DNA from: Acidobacteriota bacterium
GTDB lineage: Bacteria; Acidobacteriota; UBA6911
Length of the DNA stretch: 64,000 nt
Reading direction: 5' to 3'
Assembly: GCA_963664705.1 (NCBI GenBank)
Contig: OY761556.1
Coordinates: forward strand, 6,720,001 to 6,784,000
Part shown: piece by piece, positions 9,983 to 21,227 of the stretch
How positions within the stretch are numbered: position 1 is the stretch's first letter
Layout of the letters: each line of letters opens with the position of its first letter
The notes under the pieces: model-generated
What the model was told of the DNA's origin: nothing
Databases searched by the model: none
What the model saw: only the letters and a program-made list of their open reading frames with translations
Position numbers and translations under genes: made by a program

Positions 9983-10765
9983 ATGGCGACGGTAAGTGAG
10001 TTCAACCGATTTGGGGAAGAGATTGAGAAATTGCTGCTGCTGCGGACGTCTCCGTTAGCAGTTAAAATGCTTGAAAGTAAATCCGATATTCCCGAGGGAG
10101 CAATCAGGCCGAAAACTGACCAGGGCTGTCACCTCGCTCAATGTCAGGCTTTTTCCTTGTCCAGAAAAAGGGGCGTTCCTATCGCCATGCTGAAAGAGGA
10201 TCACTGGTGCTGGGGTCCCCTGATCGCCTATGGATTGGTGGATCCGGCCATTGCTGAGAAGTTTCCTGAACTGAAAGATGCGATCAAGCAAATCCCTCTC
10301 ATCGAACAGGGAAAATACATCGGGATTGTTTCGGCTCCGCTGAAGACGGCCAGTTATGTGCCGGACGCCGTGCTGGTCTATTCCAATAATGCCCAGTTAA
10401 ACAACATTCTCTGGGCTCTGTCTTTTGGAGGTGAAGGACTTATTAATTCACCCATGTGTCCGATTACCTCCTGCGCTTTTTCTGTCGTGCCTGCCCTTTC
10501 GGGGCAATACTGCATCACGTTGCCGGATCCCGGAGAACTGGGACGGGCACAGGCTGGAGAGGATGAAATCATTTTCTCTTTACCAAAGGACAAGGTCGAA
10601 GGATTGGTATCTCAATTAAGGATGTTCGAAGCAAGAAAAATGGGATACAGGCATAATGCCCTTTGGGAAATAATGCCTGATTTCCCGAGGCCTGATTTCT
10701 ACAAGAAGTTTTATCGTGAGTGTGGATTGGAGGCGGACGATAAACCGACATGGCCCGCTCACTAG
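9983..10765 (+). CDS. DUF169 family protein (no signal peptide)
   Basis: GGAGG RBS before ATG 9983; same motifs as 5402..6268. Confidence 0.82.
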   Translation: MATVSEFNRFGEEIEKLLLLRTSPLAVKMLESKSDIPEGAIRPKTDQGCHLAQCQAFSLSRKRGVPIAMLKEDHWCWGPLIAYGLVDPAIAEKFPELKDAIKQIPLIEQGKYIGIVSAPLKTASYVPDAVLVYSNNAQLNNILWALSFGGEGLINSPMCPITSCAFSVVPALSGQYCITLPDPGELGRAQAGEDEIIFSLPKDKVEGLVSQLRMFEARKMGYRHNALWEIMPDFPRPDFYKKFYRECGLEADDKPTWPAH

Positions 10766-10808
10766 GCTGGCTCTGGTCAGCCTGATCAAACAAAGGAGAA
10801 ATTTAATA

Positions 10809-11111
10809 ATGAAAGCTTTTTGTTGCCTGCTAATAATCGCATTGCTTGCCGCTACGCCGATTTGTCTATGGTCGGAAGAAAACGGAGCCGCTCTTTATGA
10901 TTCCAAATGCTCCATGTGTCATGGCGAAAAGGGCGAAGGCAATCCTCCGAGCATTCCTAAACTCGCGGGAACATCCATGACCCTTGATCAATTGAGTACT
11001 TACCTCATCAAGGGGGACAGCACTAAAACCATCCATAAGGAACCAATCAGTGATCTCAACGCCGATCAAGCCAAAGTGATTGGGGAATTTATAAAAAAGA
11101 TGAAAAAGTAG
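10809..11111 (+). CDS. monoheme class I c-type cytochrome
   Basis: Signal peptide; GAALYDSKCSMCHG; AGGAG RBS. Confidence 0.9.
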   Translation: MKAFCCLLIIALLAATPICLWSEENGAALYDSKCSMCHGEKGEGNPPSIPKLAGTSMTLDQLSTYLIKGDSTKTIHKEPISDLNADQAKVIGEFIKKMKK

Positions 11112-11121
11112 TCGGCATACA

Positions 11122-11153
11122 GTAGGGGCGCCCGGCTTGAGGTGCCCTACTTT
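11122..11153 (+). terminator. hairpin terminator or REP-like palindrome
   Basis: GTAGGGGCGCC-loop-GGTGCCCTAC followed by TTT, just after the cytochrome stop. Confidence 0.55.
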
Positions 11154-11603
11154 ATCCCATTACGTAATCCACGATAATAGGTCTCGGAATTGTAGATAGC
11201 CGCCAGCGGATTGTGACCCAATCCCCTATCTTTCACGGTATACTCTCGGATATGCCAACAATATGAGTTGGCATTTTGCATGATTTCCCTTTAAGGCTCT
11301 ATTGTATTCTGCAGGATAACCCCCCCCCCCTCACCTTGTAGTTGCGGATTACTATTACATCCAACAAACAAGGAATCATTGCGGAGTTTACTGAGTTGGC
11401 ACGGGCAGTGCTTATCTCTTCTATCAGGAAAATTCATAATACACAATAATGTATATAAATATAGATAGTAATACATATATGTAACATGTCAAAAGGCAAA
11501 GGGAAACCTGCACCTGCTGGATGGAAGCGCTCTGCTACCCGTGAATTCAAGGAATAATGCGGTTTTTCGCTGCAAAAGCCTGCATTCATGATCCAGGCAT
11601 TCC

Positions 11604-11619
11604 TGGCACGGTTATTGCA
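11604..11619 (+). promoter_or_regulatory. sigma-54 (-24/-12) promoter
   Basis: TGGCACGGTTATTGCA matches TGGCACG-N4-TTGCW exactly, 75 nt upstream of ATG 11695. Confidence 0.85.
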
Positions 11620-11694
11620 TTTTCAAAATTGTGCAGTATTGAGTTGAAACGGCTCTCGGTCCTTGCGGAGGGGACGTCCGCGCGGAGGAATGCA

Positions 11695-13152
11695 ATGCAT
11701 TTTGATTCCTACCAGACTGAAGATTATCACGATGAAATGTTCCATGCCGACGGGACGGCACGACCTGAAGCCCGCCTGCTGCTTGAAGCTATTGAATCGC
11801 TCGATGACGGCCAACTGCTTCGCTACCAGCGTGCAGCCGAGCGATTGCTCTTGCAGATGGGGATCACCTTCAACGTGTATGGGGATTCGTCGGGAACGGA
11901 ACGGATCTTCCCTTTTGATATGATCCCTCGCATTGTTCGCGCAGATGAATGGCGCCGGATAGAACAGGGCCTCAAGCAGCGTATTCATGCCTTGAACGCT
12001 TTTATCAACGATATCTATCATGATCGCAACATTCTCAAGGACAAGGTCATCCCTGAAGACCTGATTCTTTCGGCGGCTTCCTATCGACCTCAGTGTTGTG
12101 GCATCGACCCGCCCCAAGGAGTCTGGTGCCACATCACCGGGACGGATCTGATCCGACACAGCGACGGTCAGGTTTACGTTCTCGAAGATAACCTGCGAGT
12201 TCCTTCCGGCGTTTCCTATGTCCTGGAAAACAGGAACATTATGAAGCGGACGTTTTCGCTGGTCTTTGAAGGGCTGAAGGTACGTCCCGTGGATACCTAT
12301 CCGGGGAAATTGCTGGAAACGCTGCAATCGCTCTCTCCCAGCAAAACCGGTGCTGATTCCACCGTTGTTGTATTAACGCCCGGAATGTTCAATGCCGCGT
12401 ACTTTGAGCACAGTTTTCTGGCAAGGCAGATGGGAATCCAGCTTGTCCAGGGCGAGGATTTGGTGGTCGAGGATGGATATGTCTGGATGCGCACGACGAA
12501 AGGTTTATGCAAGGTGGATGTCATTTATCGGCGCATTGATGATGATTTCCTTGATCCTATGGCGTTCCGATCCGATTCCCTCCTGGGTGTACCCGGCATC
12601 ATGCAGGCCTACCGTGCGGGACATGTCGCTCTGGCCAACGCTCCCGGGAACGGCATCGCCGACGACAAGGTGATCTACACCTATGTCCCGGATATGATCC
12701 GCTATTATGAAGGCGAAGATCCGATTCTCCCCAATGTTCCCACTTTTCTTTGCTGGAGAGACAACGAGCGCCAGCATGTCCTGCAAAACCTGGAAAAACT
12801 CGTCGTAAAGGCAGCGAATGAGGCCGGCGGATACGGGATGCTGGTCGGCCCGCATGCAACACCAGCACAGCGGGAGGCATTTGCGGCCAGGATTGTGGCA
12901 AACCCGCGGAACTACATTGCGCAGCCTACCCTGGCCCTCTCCCGTGTACCAACCTTGATTGAGGATCACCCGGAAGGGAGGCATGTCGACCTCCGGCCTT
13001 ACATCCTCTACGGCAGGGACATTACTGTTTTGCCCGGCGGGCTAACCCGTGTTGCGCTCCGGAAAGGATCTCTCGTCGTCAATTCTTCCCAAGGTGGAGG
13101 AAGCAAAGACACGTGGGTTCTTGCCGATTCAGAAAGGAGTCACGACCAATGA
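11695..13152 (+). CDS. circularly permuted type 2 ATP-grasp protein
   Basis: [42 protein letters not shown] and [15 protein letters not shown] motifs; GGAGG RBS. Confidence 0.93.
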   Translation: MHFDSYQTEDYHDEMFHADGTARPEARLLLEAIESLDDGQLLRYQRAAERLLLQMGITFNVYGDSSGTERIFPFDMIPRIVRADEWRRIEQGLKQRIHALNAFINDIYHDRNILKDKVIPEDLILSAASYRPQCCGIDPPQGVWCHITGTDLIRHSDGQVYVLEDNLRVPSGVSYVLENRNIMKRTFSLVFEGLKVRPVDTYPGKLLETLQSLSPSKTGADSTVVVLTPGMFNAAYFEHSFLARQMGIQLVQGEDLVVEDGYVWMRTTKGLCKVDVIYRRIDDDFLDPMAFRSDSLLGVPGIMQAYRAGHVALANAPGNGIADDKVIYTYVPDMIRYYEGEDPILPNVPTFLCWRDNERQHVLQNLEKLVVKAANEAGGYGMLVGPHATPAQREAFAARIVANPRNYIAQPTLALSRVPTLIEDHPEGRHVDLRPYILYGRDITVLPGGLTRVALRKGSLVVNSSQGGGSKDTWVLADSERSHDQ

Positions 13153-14147
13153 TCGGCAACCGGCCTTTGCTCAGCAGGGTGGCGGATTCCGTGTATTGGA
13201 TGGCTCGCTACATCGAGCGAGCGGAGAATGTCGCCCGATTTATTGGCGTCAATCTGCACTTGCAGCTGGACCTTCCGCAGGAATTCGCACATCAGTGGCA
13301 GCCACTGATTGATACCAGCGGCGATTCGACTCTATTCCTGGAAAACTACGGCATTCCTACCAGGGAGAATGTCATCAAGTTTCTAACGCTGGATCCAGCC
13401 AACCCGAACTCGATCTATTCCAGCCTTCGTGCCGCGAGGGAAAACGCACGCTCGATTCGCGAAACCATTTCATCGGAAATGTGGGAACAGATTAACGATA
13501 TTTACCTGCAGATACTCTCGCAGCAAACAATGCCTGAGGCGGAGCATCTTCTTGAGATGCTCCGGAGCGTGAGAATTGCCGGCCACCTGTTCCAGGGGCT
13601 TACCGATGCAACCATGAGCCACAATGAAGCATGGCATTTTTTGCGCCTCGGCCGAACTTTGGAACGCGCTGACAAGACATCCCGAATTCTCGATGTAAAA
13701 TATTTCATCCTGCTCCCTTCCATTGGAACCGTCGGAACTCCCTACGACGATCTGCATTGGGCAGCTGTCTTGAAATCCGTTAGCGGATTTGAAATGTATC
13801 GCAAGAAGCATGGACAGATCTCACCCCGAGACATTGTGGCGTTTTTGATCATGGATCGGGAGTTCCCTCGTGCGATCCATCATTGCATGCAAATATCCGA
13901 TGAATCTCTGCACGCAATAACGGGAACGCCTTTCGGTTCCTTCCGATACAAATCCGAACAGATGCTGGGTCGATTACGGGCCCAGCTCAATTTCACTACC
14001 GTGGATCAGGTACTTCGCGAAGGACTGCATGAATTCATTGACCGGCTGCAGGAGAGCATTAATGACATCGGCAACAGCCTGCATGCGGATTTCTTTTCCG
14101 GGCACCAGTTCGCAAAAGTTGCGGCAAGCGGGGAGTTTCAGAAATGA
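13149..14147 (+). CDS. alpha-E domain protein (DUF403)
   Basis: [41 protein letters not shown] and [15 protein letters not shown] motifs; ATGA coupling. Confidence 0.93.
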   Translation: MIGNRPLLSRVADSVYWMARYIERAENVARFIGVNLHLQLDLPQEFAHQWQPLIDTSGDSTLFLENYGIPTRENVIKFLTLDPANPNSIYSSLRAARENARSIRETISSEMWEQINDIYLQILSQQTMPEAEHLLEMLRSVRIAGHLFQGLTDATMSHNEAWHFLRLGRTLERADKTSRILDVKYFILLPSIGTVGTPYDDLHWAAVLKSVSGFEMYRKKHGQISPRDIVAFLIMDREFPRAIHHCMQISDESLHAITGTPFGSFRYKSEQMLGRLRAQLNFTTVDQVLREGLHEFIDRLQESINDIGNSLHADFFSGHQFAKVAASGEFQK

Positions 14148-17100
14148 GTATTCGTGTTGCACTGTATCACAAGACAATTTACGAGTACGACCGGATGGTT
14201 TTGCTTGGGCCGCAGACCGTTCGCCTGCGGCCGGCCCTGCACGGGCGTACTCCGATAACCGGATATTCCTTCCGGGCCGAACCGAAAAGCCACTTCATCA
14301 ACTGGCAACAGGATCCACAGGGTAATTTTCTTGCTCGCCTGGTATTCCCGAATCCAACCAGTCTGTTTTCTGTTGAAGTGGATCTCATCGCGGACATGAC
14401 AGTCGTAAATCCGTTCGACTTCTTCCTTGATCCCTGCGCCGAAGTCTACCCATTCCGTTATGAGCCCTACCTTGAACGCGAATTGAGGCCCTATCTGGAG
14501 ACAACCCCCGCGGGGAAAATCCTGCAAAGATTTGTTCAAAACATCGCACCGCAGGCAGGGAACACGATCGAATTTCTCGTAGACCTCAACCGTCGTGTAC
14601 AGGAGGAAATTCGTTATGTCATCCGTCTCGAAGCGGGTGTTCAGTCGCCGGAAGAAACGCTTGCGCTGAAAAGCGGCTCCTGCCGGGACTCGGGCTGGCT
14701 TTTGACGCAGATCCTGCGACGGCTGGGGCTTGCCGCCCGTTTCGTCTCAGGGTATCTGATTCAGTTGAAGCCGGATGTGAAGCCGATCGAAGGTCCGGCC
14801 GGCACTGAGACAGATTTTACCGATCTGCATGCATGGACCGAAGTGTATCTGCCTGGGGCCGGTTGGGTCGGACTGGATCCCACCTCGGGCCTGCTTGCGG
14901 CTGAAGGGCATATTCCCCTCGCGGCAACACCCGAGCCCCATTCGGCAGCTCCGGTCAGCGGAATGATCGGCGAGTGCGAAGTCGCGTTTCGCCATGAAAT
15001 GCGGGTCACCCGCATTCATGAAGATCCGCGCGTTACCAAGCCGTATTCTGATGAACAATGGGCGGGCATTCTCTCTCTGGGAGATCAGGTGGATGCCGAC
15101 CTCGCGAACGAAGATGTCCGGTTGACCGTAGGAGGAGAGCCCACCTTTGTTTCCATTGATGACATGGAGGGGGCAGAGTGGAATACGGCCGCACTGGGCG
15201 CGGATAAGCAAAAACTGTCTGCGAACTTGCTGCTTAGATTAAGAGATGCCTTCGGGCCCAGGGGATTGCTGCATTTCGGACAGGGGAAATGGTATCCCGG
15301 TGAATCGTTGCCCCGATGGGCATTCAGTTGCTACTGGCGGAATGATGGCCTGCCGCTTTGGCGTAATCCTCGTCTGATCGCGGATCCGGCGCTTGATTAT
15401 GGCGCCGGCGATGATGAATCGCGCCGATTTGCGCTGGAGCTGTCCGCCCGCATGGGCATTGAATCCAGATATGTCATTGATGCATTTGAAGACCCATGGA
15501 TCTACCTGCAAAAGGAGCAGCAGCTTCCAATCAATGTTGACTGGAGCGACAGCAAGCTTGACGACCCTGAGGAACGGGAGCGAATTCGCCGTATCCTCCA
15601 CCATGGGCTCGGCAAGCCGGTCGGCTTTGTTCTTCCCTTAAGAAAGGGAGCAGGCCAATCCGGGCCGGAGTGGCAATCGGGACCGTGGCGATTGCGCTCC
15701 GGAAGGCTATTTCTGCTGCCGGGAGATTCCCCGATTGGATTTCGTCTCCCCCTGTCATCCCTACCCTGGGTCCCGGATTTGGCGGAAGAGAGAATTATTC
15801 CTGCCGACCCAATGCTTCCCAGAAGTCCACTGCCACCGCCTCGCCCTCCAGGGAGCCCGTTCCCCTTGCAGGAACAGAGAATCTATCGTGGCGACCCTGC
15901 ACAGTCCGAACCATCCTCCTGCTCTGAAAACCCGGTTATCCGGACCGCTCTCGCCGTTGAGTCGCGAGAGGGCAAGGTATGTGTGTTTATGCCTCCTACC
16001 GGACATGTCGAGGATTATCTGGAATTGACGGCCCTGGTAGAGGAAACGGCTGCCGCCCTCAATATGCCTGTTTTGATTGAAGGGTATCCGCCCCCGTATG
16101 ATCCCCGGCTGCGCAACCTCAAGGTGACGCCCGATCCCGGCGTAATTGAAGTAAACATCCATCCTGCGACAAGCTGGAGGGAATCGGTCGGAATAACCAC
16201 AATCTTGTATGAGCAGGCTCGATTGTGTCGCCTCGGTACCGAGAAGTTCATGCTGGATGGCCACCATAGAGGCACCGGCGGCGGCAATCATATGGTCCTT
16301 GGAGGGCCGACGCCGGCGGAAAGTCCCTTTTTGCGAAGACCCGATCTTCTCAGAAGCTTCCTCTGCTATTGGCTGAATCACCCATCGCTGTCATACCTTT
16401 TTTCCAGTGTCTTCGTGGGCCCCACAAGCCAGGCATGTCGTGTGGATGAGACTCGACCCGATTCGGTCTATGAACTGGAAATAGCATTCCGCCGCCTCCA
16501 CGATTCCCAAAATGGAAATTTTGCAGCCTGGATGGTTGATCGATTCTTTCGAGATCTCCTGGTGGATTCGGCGGGCAACACGCACCGGTCGGAATTCTGC
16601 ATTGACAAGCTTTACTCTCCGGACACTTCCTCAGGCCGGCTGGGATTGGTCGAACTGCGCTGTTTCGAGATGCCTCCGGACGCCCGGATGAGCTTGGCCC
16701 AACTGCTGCTGGTTCGAGCTCTCATCGCTGCATTCTGGCGTTCGCCTTATTTGGAAGCGCCTGTTCGCTGGGGAACTCGGCTGCATGATCTCTTTATGCT
16801 TCCCTACTACGTTGCCCGGGACTTTCAGTCAGTCATCACGGATTTGCGGAACGCGGGATATCCATTCGATCCGAGCTGGTATGCCCCTCATATGGAATTC
16901 CGTTTCCCAATCTACGGCAAGGTATGCTACGAGGGAATTGAGCTGGAATTACGGCAGGCGATTGAACCATGGTATGTTTTGGGCGAAGAACCAGGGATGG
17001 GCGGGACAAGCCGCTACGTAGACTCTTCGCTCGAAAGACTGCAGTTGCTGGTGCGCGGTCTATTGCCGGAACGATATGCCGTAGCCTGCAACGGAAGGCG

Positions 17101-17470
17101 CTTGCCGCTGCATCCAACCGGGAAAAATGGCGAATATGTTTGTGGAGTGCGCTATCGCGCATGGCAACCTGCCCGCTGCCTTCACCCCACAATTCCAGTT
17201 CACACTCCGCTCCTTTTTGACGTTATTGAAATAGCTGCAGCGAAAGCAATCGGCGGTTGTACTTACCATGTCGCGCACCCGGGTGGGCGCAATTACGAAT
17301 CGCTCCCTGTTAATTCAAACGAAGCGGAGGCGCGTCGTGCGGCCCGCTTCTTTCCTTTCGGCCACACTCCCGGAACTTTCATGACACCACCCAAAGAGGA
17401 AAACCCGGAGTTCCCATCGACATTGGATCTCCGTACGCTTGCGCCGGAAGGATTGAAACTGTATTCTTAG
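14144..17470 (+). CDS. transglutaminase-like domain plus DUF2126 (putative amidoligase) fusion
   Basis: GSCRD, HAWTEVYLPGAGWVGLDPT, VTPDPGVIEVN and GTGGGNH motifs. Confidence 0.92.
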   Translation: MSIRVALYHKTIYEYDRMVLLGPQTVRLRPALHGRTPITGYSFRAEPKSHFINWQQDPQGNFLARLVFPNPTSLFSVEVDLIADMTVVNPFDFFLDPCAEVYPFRYEPYLERELRPYLETTPAGKILQRFVQNIAPQAGNTIEFLVDLNRRVQEEIRYVIRLEAGVQSPEETLALKSGSCRDSGWLLTQILRRLGLAARFVSGYLIQLKPDVKPIEGPAGTETDFTDLHAWTEVYLPGAGWVGLDPTSGLLAAEGHIPLAATPEPHSAAPVSGMIGECEVAFRHEMRVTRIHEDPRVTKPYSDEQWAGILSLGDQVDADLANEDVRLTVGGEPTFVSIDDMEGAEWNTAALGADKQKLSANLLLRLRDAFGPRGLLHFGQGKWYPGESLPRWAFSCYWRNDGLPLWRNPRLIADPALDYGAGDDESRRFALELSARMGIESRYVIDAFEDPWIYLQKEQQLPINVDWSDSKLDDPEERERIRRILHHGLGKPVGFVLPLRKGAGQSGPEWQSGPWRLRSGRLFLLPGDSPIGFRLPLSSLPWVPDLAEERIIPADPMLPRSPLPPPRPPGSPFPLQEQRIYRGDPAQSEPSSCSENPVIRTALAVESREGKVCVFMPPTGHVEDYLELTALVEETAAALNMPVLIEGYPPPYDPRLRNLKVTPDPGVIEVNIHPATSWRESVGITTILYEQARLCRLGTEKFMLDGHHRGTGGGNHMVLGGPTPAESPFLRRPDLLRSFLCYWLNHPSLSYLFSSVFVGPTSQACRVDETRPDSVYELEIAFRRLHDSQNGNFAAWMVDRFFRDLLVDSAGNTHRSEFCIDKLYSPDTSSGRLGLVELRCFEMPPDARMSLAQLLLVRALIAAFWRSPYLEAPVRWGTRLHDLFMLPYYVARDFQSVITDLRNAGYPFDPSWYAPHMEFRFPIYGKVCYEGIELELRQAIEPWYVLGEEPGMGGTSRYVDSSLERLQLLVRGLLPERYAVACNGRRLPLHPTGKNGEYVCGVRYRAWQPARCLHPTIPVHTPLLFDVIEIAAAKAIGGCTYHVAHPGGRNYESLPVNSNEAEARRAARFFPFGHTPGTFMTPPKEENPEFPSTLDLRTLAPEGLKLYS

Positions 17471-17492
17471 CCAACATGGATTTAGGAATTCT

Positions 17493-20033
17493 GTGAATAA
17501 CAACAGCTCCGCTATTCCCAAAGCCACCCAATCAAGCTCGCAATACCTGCCACCGCAGGATTACTGGGATGAAGCGGTCCTTCCCAGCGGTCACCCTCGA
17601 AGGCACTGGCGGAAGATTACGGCCGCGGTCGGAAGGATGGGACTGCCGCAGTTGGCCCGCGCATGGCAGGCAGGATGCCAAATTATCCAGGATACAGGGA
17701 TTGCCTATAACCTCGGCAGCAGCGGCCATTCGGACATTCCACTGTGGCGGATGGACCCCATTCCCCTGCTGATGAGTGCTGTTGAATGGAGCTGCATTGA
17801 AGAAGCAATCATCCAAAGAGCTGCATTGCTGAATTCGATTGTCGAAGATTTGTATGGCCCGCGAAAGCTGATTCACGAACGAAAGCTGCATTCAACACTG
17901 CTCTTCGACAACCCGCTATTTCTCCGTCCCTGCAACGGCGTATCTCCGGTCGGCGGAAAGTATATCCGCACCTATGCCGCAGATCTGGTTCGATCTTCCG
18001 ACGGAACATGGCGCGTTCTTTGTGATCGGACACAGGCACCGGAAGGAATGGGCTATGCGCTGGCAAACCGCATGGTCAGCGCGCGCACGCTCCCTTCGCT
18101 TTTCAGCCGATACCACATACGCCAGTTGACTCGATTTTTCGATGTCCGGCGTAACGCACTTCTGGAAGTCGGAAGCAACCGAGGTTCCACGCCGCGAATT
18201 GTGCTGATGACGGCAGGCTCACATAATGAAGCCTACTTTGAGCACTCGTCGCTCGCCGGACACTGGGCTTTCCCTTTGGTACAGGGGGAGGACCTGACAG
18301 TGCGGGATAGCCGTGTGTTTCTCCGAACGCTTGGCGGGCTGGAACCGGTCGATGTGATCCTGCGCCAAATGGAGGACGAGTATTGCGATCCGCTGGAGCT
18401 AAAGGGAGATTCGCAACTTGGCGTCCCAGGACTCCTCCATGCGGTTCGGAGCGGCCAGGTAGCGGTCGACAACGCGCTTGGCAGCGGCATCATGGAAACG
18501 CCGTCATACATGGCCTTCACGGGGGATTTGTGTCAACACATGCTCGGCGAAGCATTGCGGATCCCATCGATAAAAACCTGGTGGTGCGGAAGAAAAGCGG
18601 ACCGGGAATATGTACTCGATCACCTGGACCAGCTGATTATAGGTCCCGCTTTCAAAGGAGTTGAGCTCCAACAAAAGGCTCCCGCGCTGTTGAGCAGAGC
18701 CGATCGCAAGGAGATGGCGGAACGGATTGCCGCCCAGCCGGAAAGATATGTCGGTCAGGAAATTCTCAATTGCTCCACGGTTCCGGTCTTTGTAGAAAAC
18801 AAGCTGGTTCCGCAGCACCTGGTGCTGCGGGTATTTGCGGCATGGGATGGGCAGGGCTATACGGTTCTTCCTGGCGGCCTGGCGCGTCTCTCCAGTCAAG
18901 GCTCTTCCGCCGAAGTTTCCTCCCAACTGGGAAGCGGGAGCAAAGACACCTGGGTATTGGGCGATCCGGAAACTGCGGAACCGGTACCGGTGCCGATTCA
19001 TCTCCAGGCGGATTTCCGTACGAGAAGCGCAAGTCTGCCCAGCCGCATTGCGGACAACCTTTTCTGGCTGGGCCGATATGCCGAAAGAGTGGAATCATGC
19101 ATCAGACTGGTTCGCGCTCTGCTGCCGGCACTCTCGCGCGAGGCGGATTTCGGAAGAGCTGTTTCGCTCGAAATTGCGGTAGGGCTTCTCTCCGGCATGC
19201 GCTACCTTCCCGCCGAACTCGCCTCCGCATCGATCGGAGAACGGCATTACCAGGTAAGGCGTTTGCTTGCCAACATGATTCATGACTCCACGCGCACCGG
19301 AGGCTTGAGCTGGAATCTACACGAAATGTGCCGTGTAGCCTGGCATCTTAAAGAGCGCCTTTCTGCCGACACCTGGCGTGTTCTCCAGAAATTAAGGGGA
19401 GATGTCATGGCATCCGCCCTGATCGATGCCGACCAGCGCTACTCGGAGGACATCAGTATCCTGGATGGTGCCATTGTGACACTCTCTTCATTTTCCGGGC
19501 TCATGATGGAGAACACAACGCGCGGACATGGCTGGCGTTTTCTCGAGATGGGCAAACGACTCGAACGGGCCCTCCAGATACTCGAGCTCCTTCATGCAGG
19601 GATGGTGGAAAATCCTTCCGATACCGCGCCCTACCTGCAGCTGCTGTTGCAAATTGCCGACAGTACCATTACATACCGCACGCGATATATGGCCATCGTC
19701 AACACCAACTATGTACTGGAACTGCTGTTGTCGGATGAAACCAATCCCCGTTCCGTCGCGTTTCAGCTTGAGAGTCTCCTGGAACATGTCAGCAAGCTGC
19801 CGGAGCATGAAACTGAAGGCCGCTACCCGCAGGAACAGCGGATTGCGCTCAAAGCTTTGACCGCTGTCCGCCTGGCATCCATGCAGGAACTCGCATCTCA
19901 CGACTCCATCAGCTGCTATGCATCGTTGAACACGCTCCTGGAAAGCCTCAAGGCGGATCTCTACGGCCTTTCCGATACGCTCACCGCGCAATTTCTTCGC
20001 CATGTTGCGGTGTCCCGGTTCACGACTTCCTAG
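17493..20033 (+). CDS. circularly permuted ATP-grasp plus alpha-E fusion protein
   Basis: DRTQAPEGMGYAL, DPLELKGDSQLGVPGLL and SKDTWV motifs, then LPSRIADNLFWLGRYAER alpha-E. Confidence 0.92.
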   Translation: MNNNSSAIPKATQSSSQYLPPQDYWDEAVLPSGHPRRHWRKITAAVGRMGLPQLARAWQAGCQIIQDTGIAYNLGSSGHSDIPLWRMDPIPLLMSAVEWSCIEEAIIQRAALLNSIVEDLYGPRKLIHERKLHSTLLFDNPLFLRPCNGVSPVGGKYIRTYAADLVRSSDGTWRVLCDRTQAPEGMGYALANRMVSARTLPSLFSRYHIRQLTRFFDVRRNALLEVGSNRGSTPRIVLMTAGSHNEAYFEHSSLAGHWAFPLVQGEDLTVRDSRVFLRTLGGLEPVDVILRQMEDEYCDPLELKGDSQLGVPGLLHAVRSGQVAVDNALGSGIMETPSYMAFTGDLCQHMLGEALRIPSIKTWWCGRKADREYVLDHLDQLIIGPAFKGVELQQKAPALLSRADRKEMAERIAAQPERYVGQEILNCSTVPVFVENKLVPQHLVLRVFAAWDGQGYTVLPGGLARLSSQGSSAEVSSQLGSGSKDTWVLGDPETAEPVPVPIHLQADFRTRSASLPSRIADNLFWLGRYAERVESCIRLVRALLPALSREADFGRAVSLEIAVGLLSGMRYLPAELASASIGERHYQVRRLLANMIHDSTRTGGLSWNLHEMCRVAWHLKERLSADTWRVLQKLRGDVMASALIDADQRYSEDISILDGAIVTLSSFSGLMMENTTRGHGWRFLEMGKRLERALQILELLHAGMVENPSDTAPYLQLLLQIADSTITYRTRYMAIVNTNYVLELLLSDETNPRSVAFQLESLLEHVSKLPEHETEGRYPQEQRIALKALTAVRLASMQELASHDSISCYASLNTLLESLKADLYGLSDTLTAQFLRHVAVSRFTTS

Positions 20034-20040
20034 GAGATAC

Positions 20041-20910
20041 ATGCGATATCGAGTGCACCACGAGACGCGTTATACCTATGAAGAACCCGTTTCACAGTGC
20101 TTTAATGAGTTTCATCTGACTCCTCGAGATACTCCCGGTCAGAAGGTGCTCGAGACAGCGGTCCGGGTTACTCCCTGGCCCTCGATTTTCCAGCACAGAT
20201 CGGATTATTTTGGCAACAATGCCACCGCTGTGGAAATTCTTGAACGCCACAAATATTTTGAGGCCGTCGCGGACAGCCTGATTGATGTCGAACCTGCCTC
20301 GCTGTCGAACACGATTTCCTGTCCATGGGAGCATGTGCGCGAATTATTGCATGCGCAGGAGAGTGAAGAAACGCTCGAGGCATCGGAGTTCACATGCGAA
20401 TCCCACTTTGTCCCGTCGATCCGCGAACTCGAGGCCTACGCCAAACCAACCTTCATCGCCAACCGCCCCATTGTGGAAGCCGTCGCCGAACTTTCCCATC
20501 GAATTTACACAGAGTTCCGATACATGCCGCAATCTACATCTATTGAAATGCCGCTCGGGACCATTCTGAGAAATCGTCGTGGAGTGTGCCAGGATTATGC
20601 ACATATCATGATCGGGGCGCTTCGCAGCCATCGGTTGGCGGCGCGGTACGTAAGCGGATATCTGCGCAGCAACCCGGGGTTTCATGGTGCGGAGGCTTCG
20701 CACGCATGGGTCGCCGTCTGGATCCCCGGGTACGGATGGATGGCGGTTGACCCGACAAATGACGTGGTCCCCTCCGATGCACATGTAACGCTCGCCTGGG
20801 GCCGCGATTATGCCGACGTCGCTCCAATAAGAGGCCTGACCCTTGGGGGGGGAGCCCATAAGGTAGAAGTCGCCGTGCGGGTGGAACCGATTGCCCCCGC
20901 CGCGAAGTGA
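20041..20910 (+). CDS. transglutaminase-like family protein
   Basis: YRVHHETRYTY, GVCQDYAH, ARYVSGY, SHAWV and WGRDYADVAP motifs. Confidence 0.93.
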   Translation: MRYRVHHETRYTYEEPVSQCFNEFHLTPRDTPGQKVLETAVRVTPWPSIFQHRSDYFGNNATAVEILERHKYFEAVADSLIDVEPASLSNTISCPWEHVRELLHAQESEETLEASEFTCESHFVPSIRELEAYAKPTFIANRPIVEAVAELSHRIYTEFRYMPQSTSIEMPLGTILRNRRGVCQDYAHIMIGALRSHRLAARYVSGYLRSNPGFHGAEASHAWVAVWIPGYGWMAVDPTNDVVPSDAHVTLAWGRDYADVAPIRGLTLGGGAHKVEVAVRVEPIAPAAK

Positions 20911-21227
20911 AGCAATCCTCTATCAACCGTGTCGGCTGACGGGAAAAGTCTCACCAAAAAGGCGGATGGCAGCGACTTAAAAGCCACCATTAGTTTGGTT
21001 TAACAGCAATGACCCTGGAGCTTTCGCCGGGCACTCAAGAGCAAGTAATTGCAAAAATGAGCCGCTCTGCGGGGCGGCCCGCCGCTTGGGATACCGTCGA
21101 AATAGACTGGGGACGTCCCATGCATTCACCTGGTTTTGCTGAATGATTCGGGGCTTTATTCGCGAGCACGCAGGTAAAAGCATGGGGCGTACCCAATTTT
21201 TATGCCCAGTTGCTTCGGACTGTAGCG

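Noticed and set aside
11320-11330. C11 homopolymer as a phase-variation switch
   Set aside because: Intergenic and about 270 nt from the sigma-54 box, with no supported gene or promoter spanning it.
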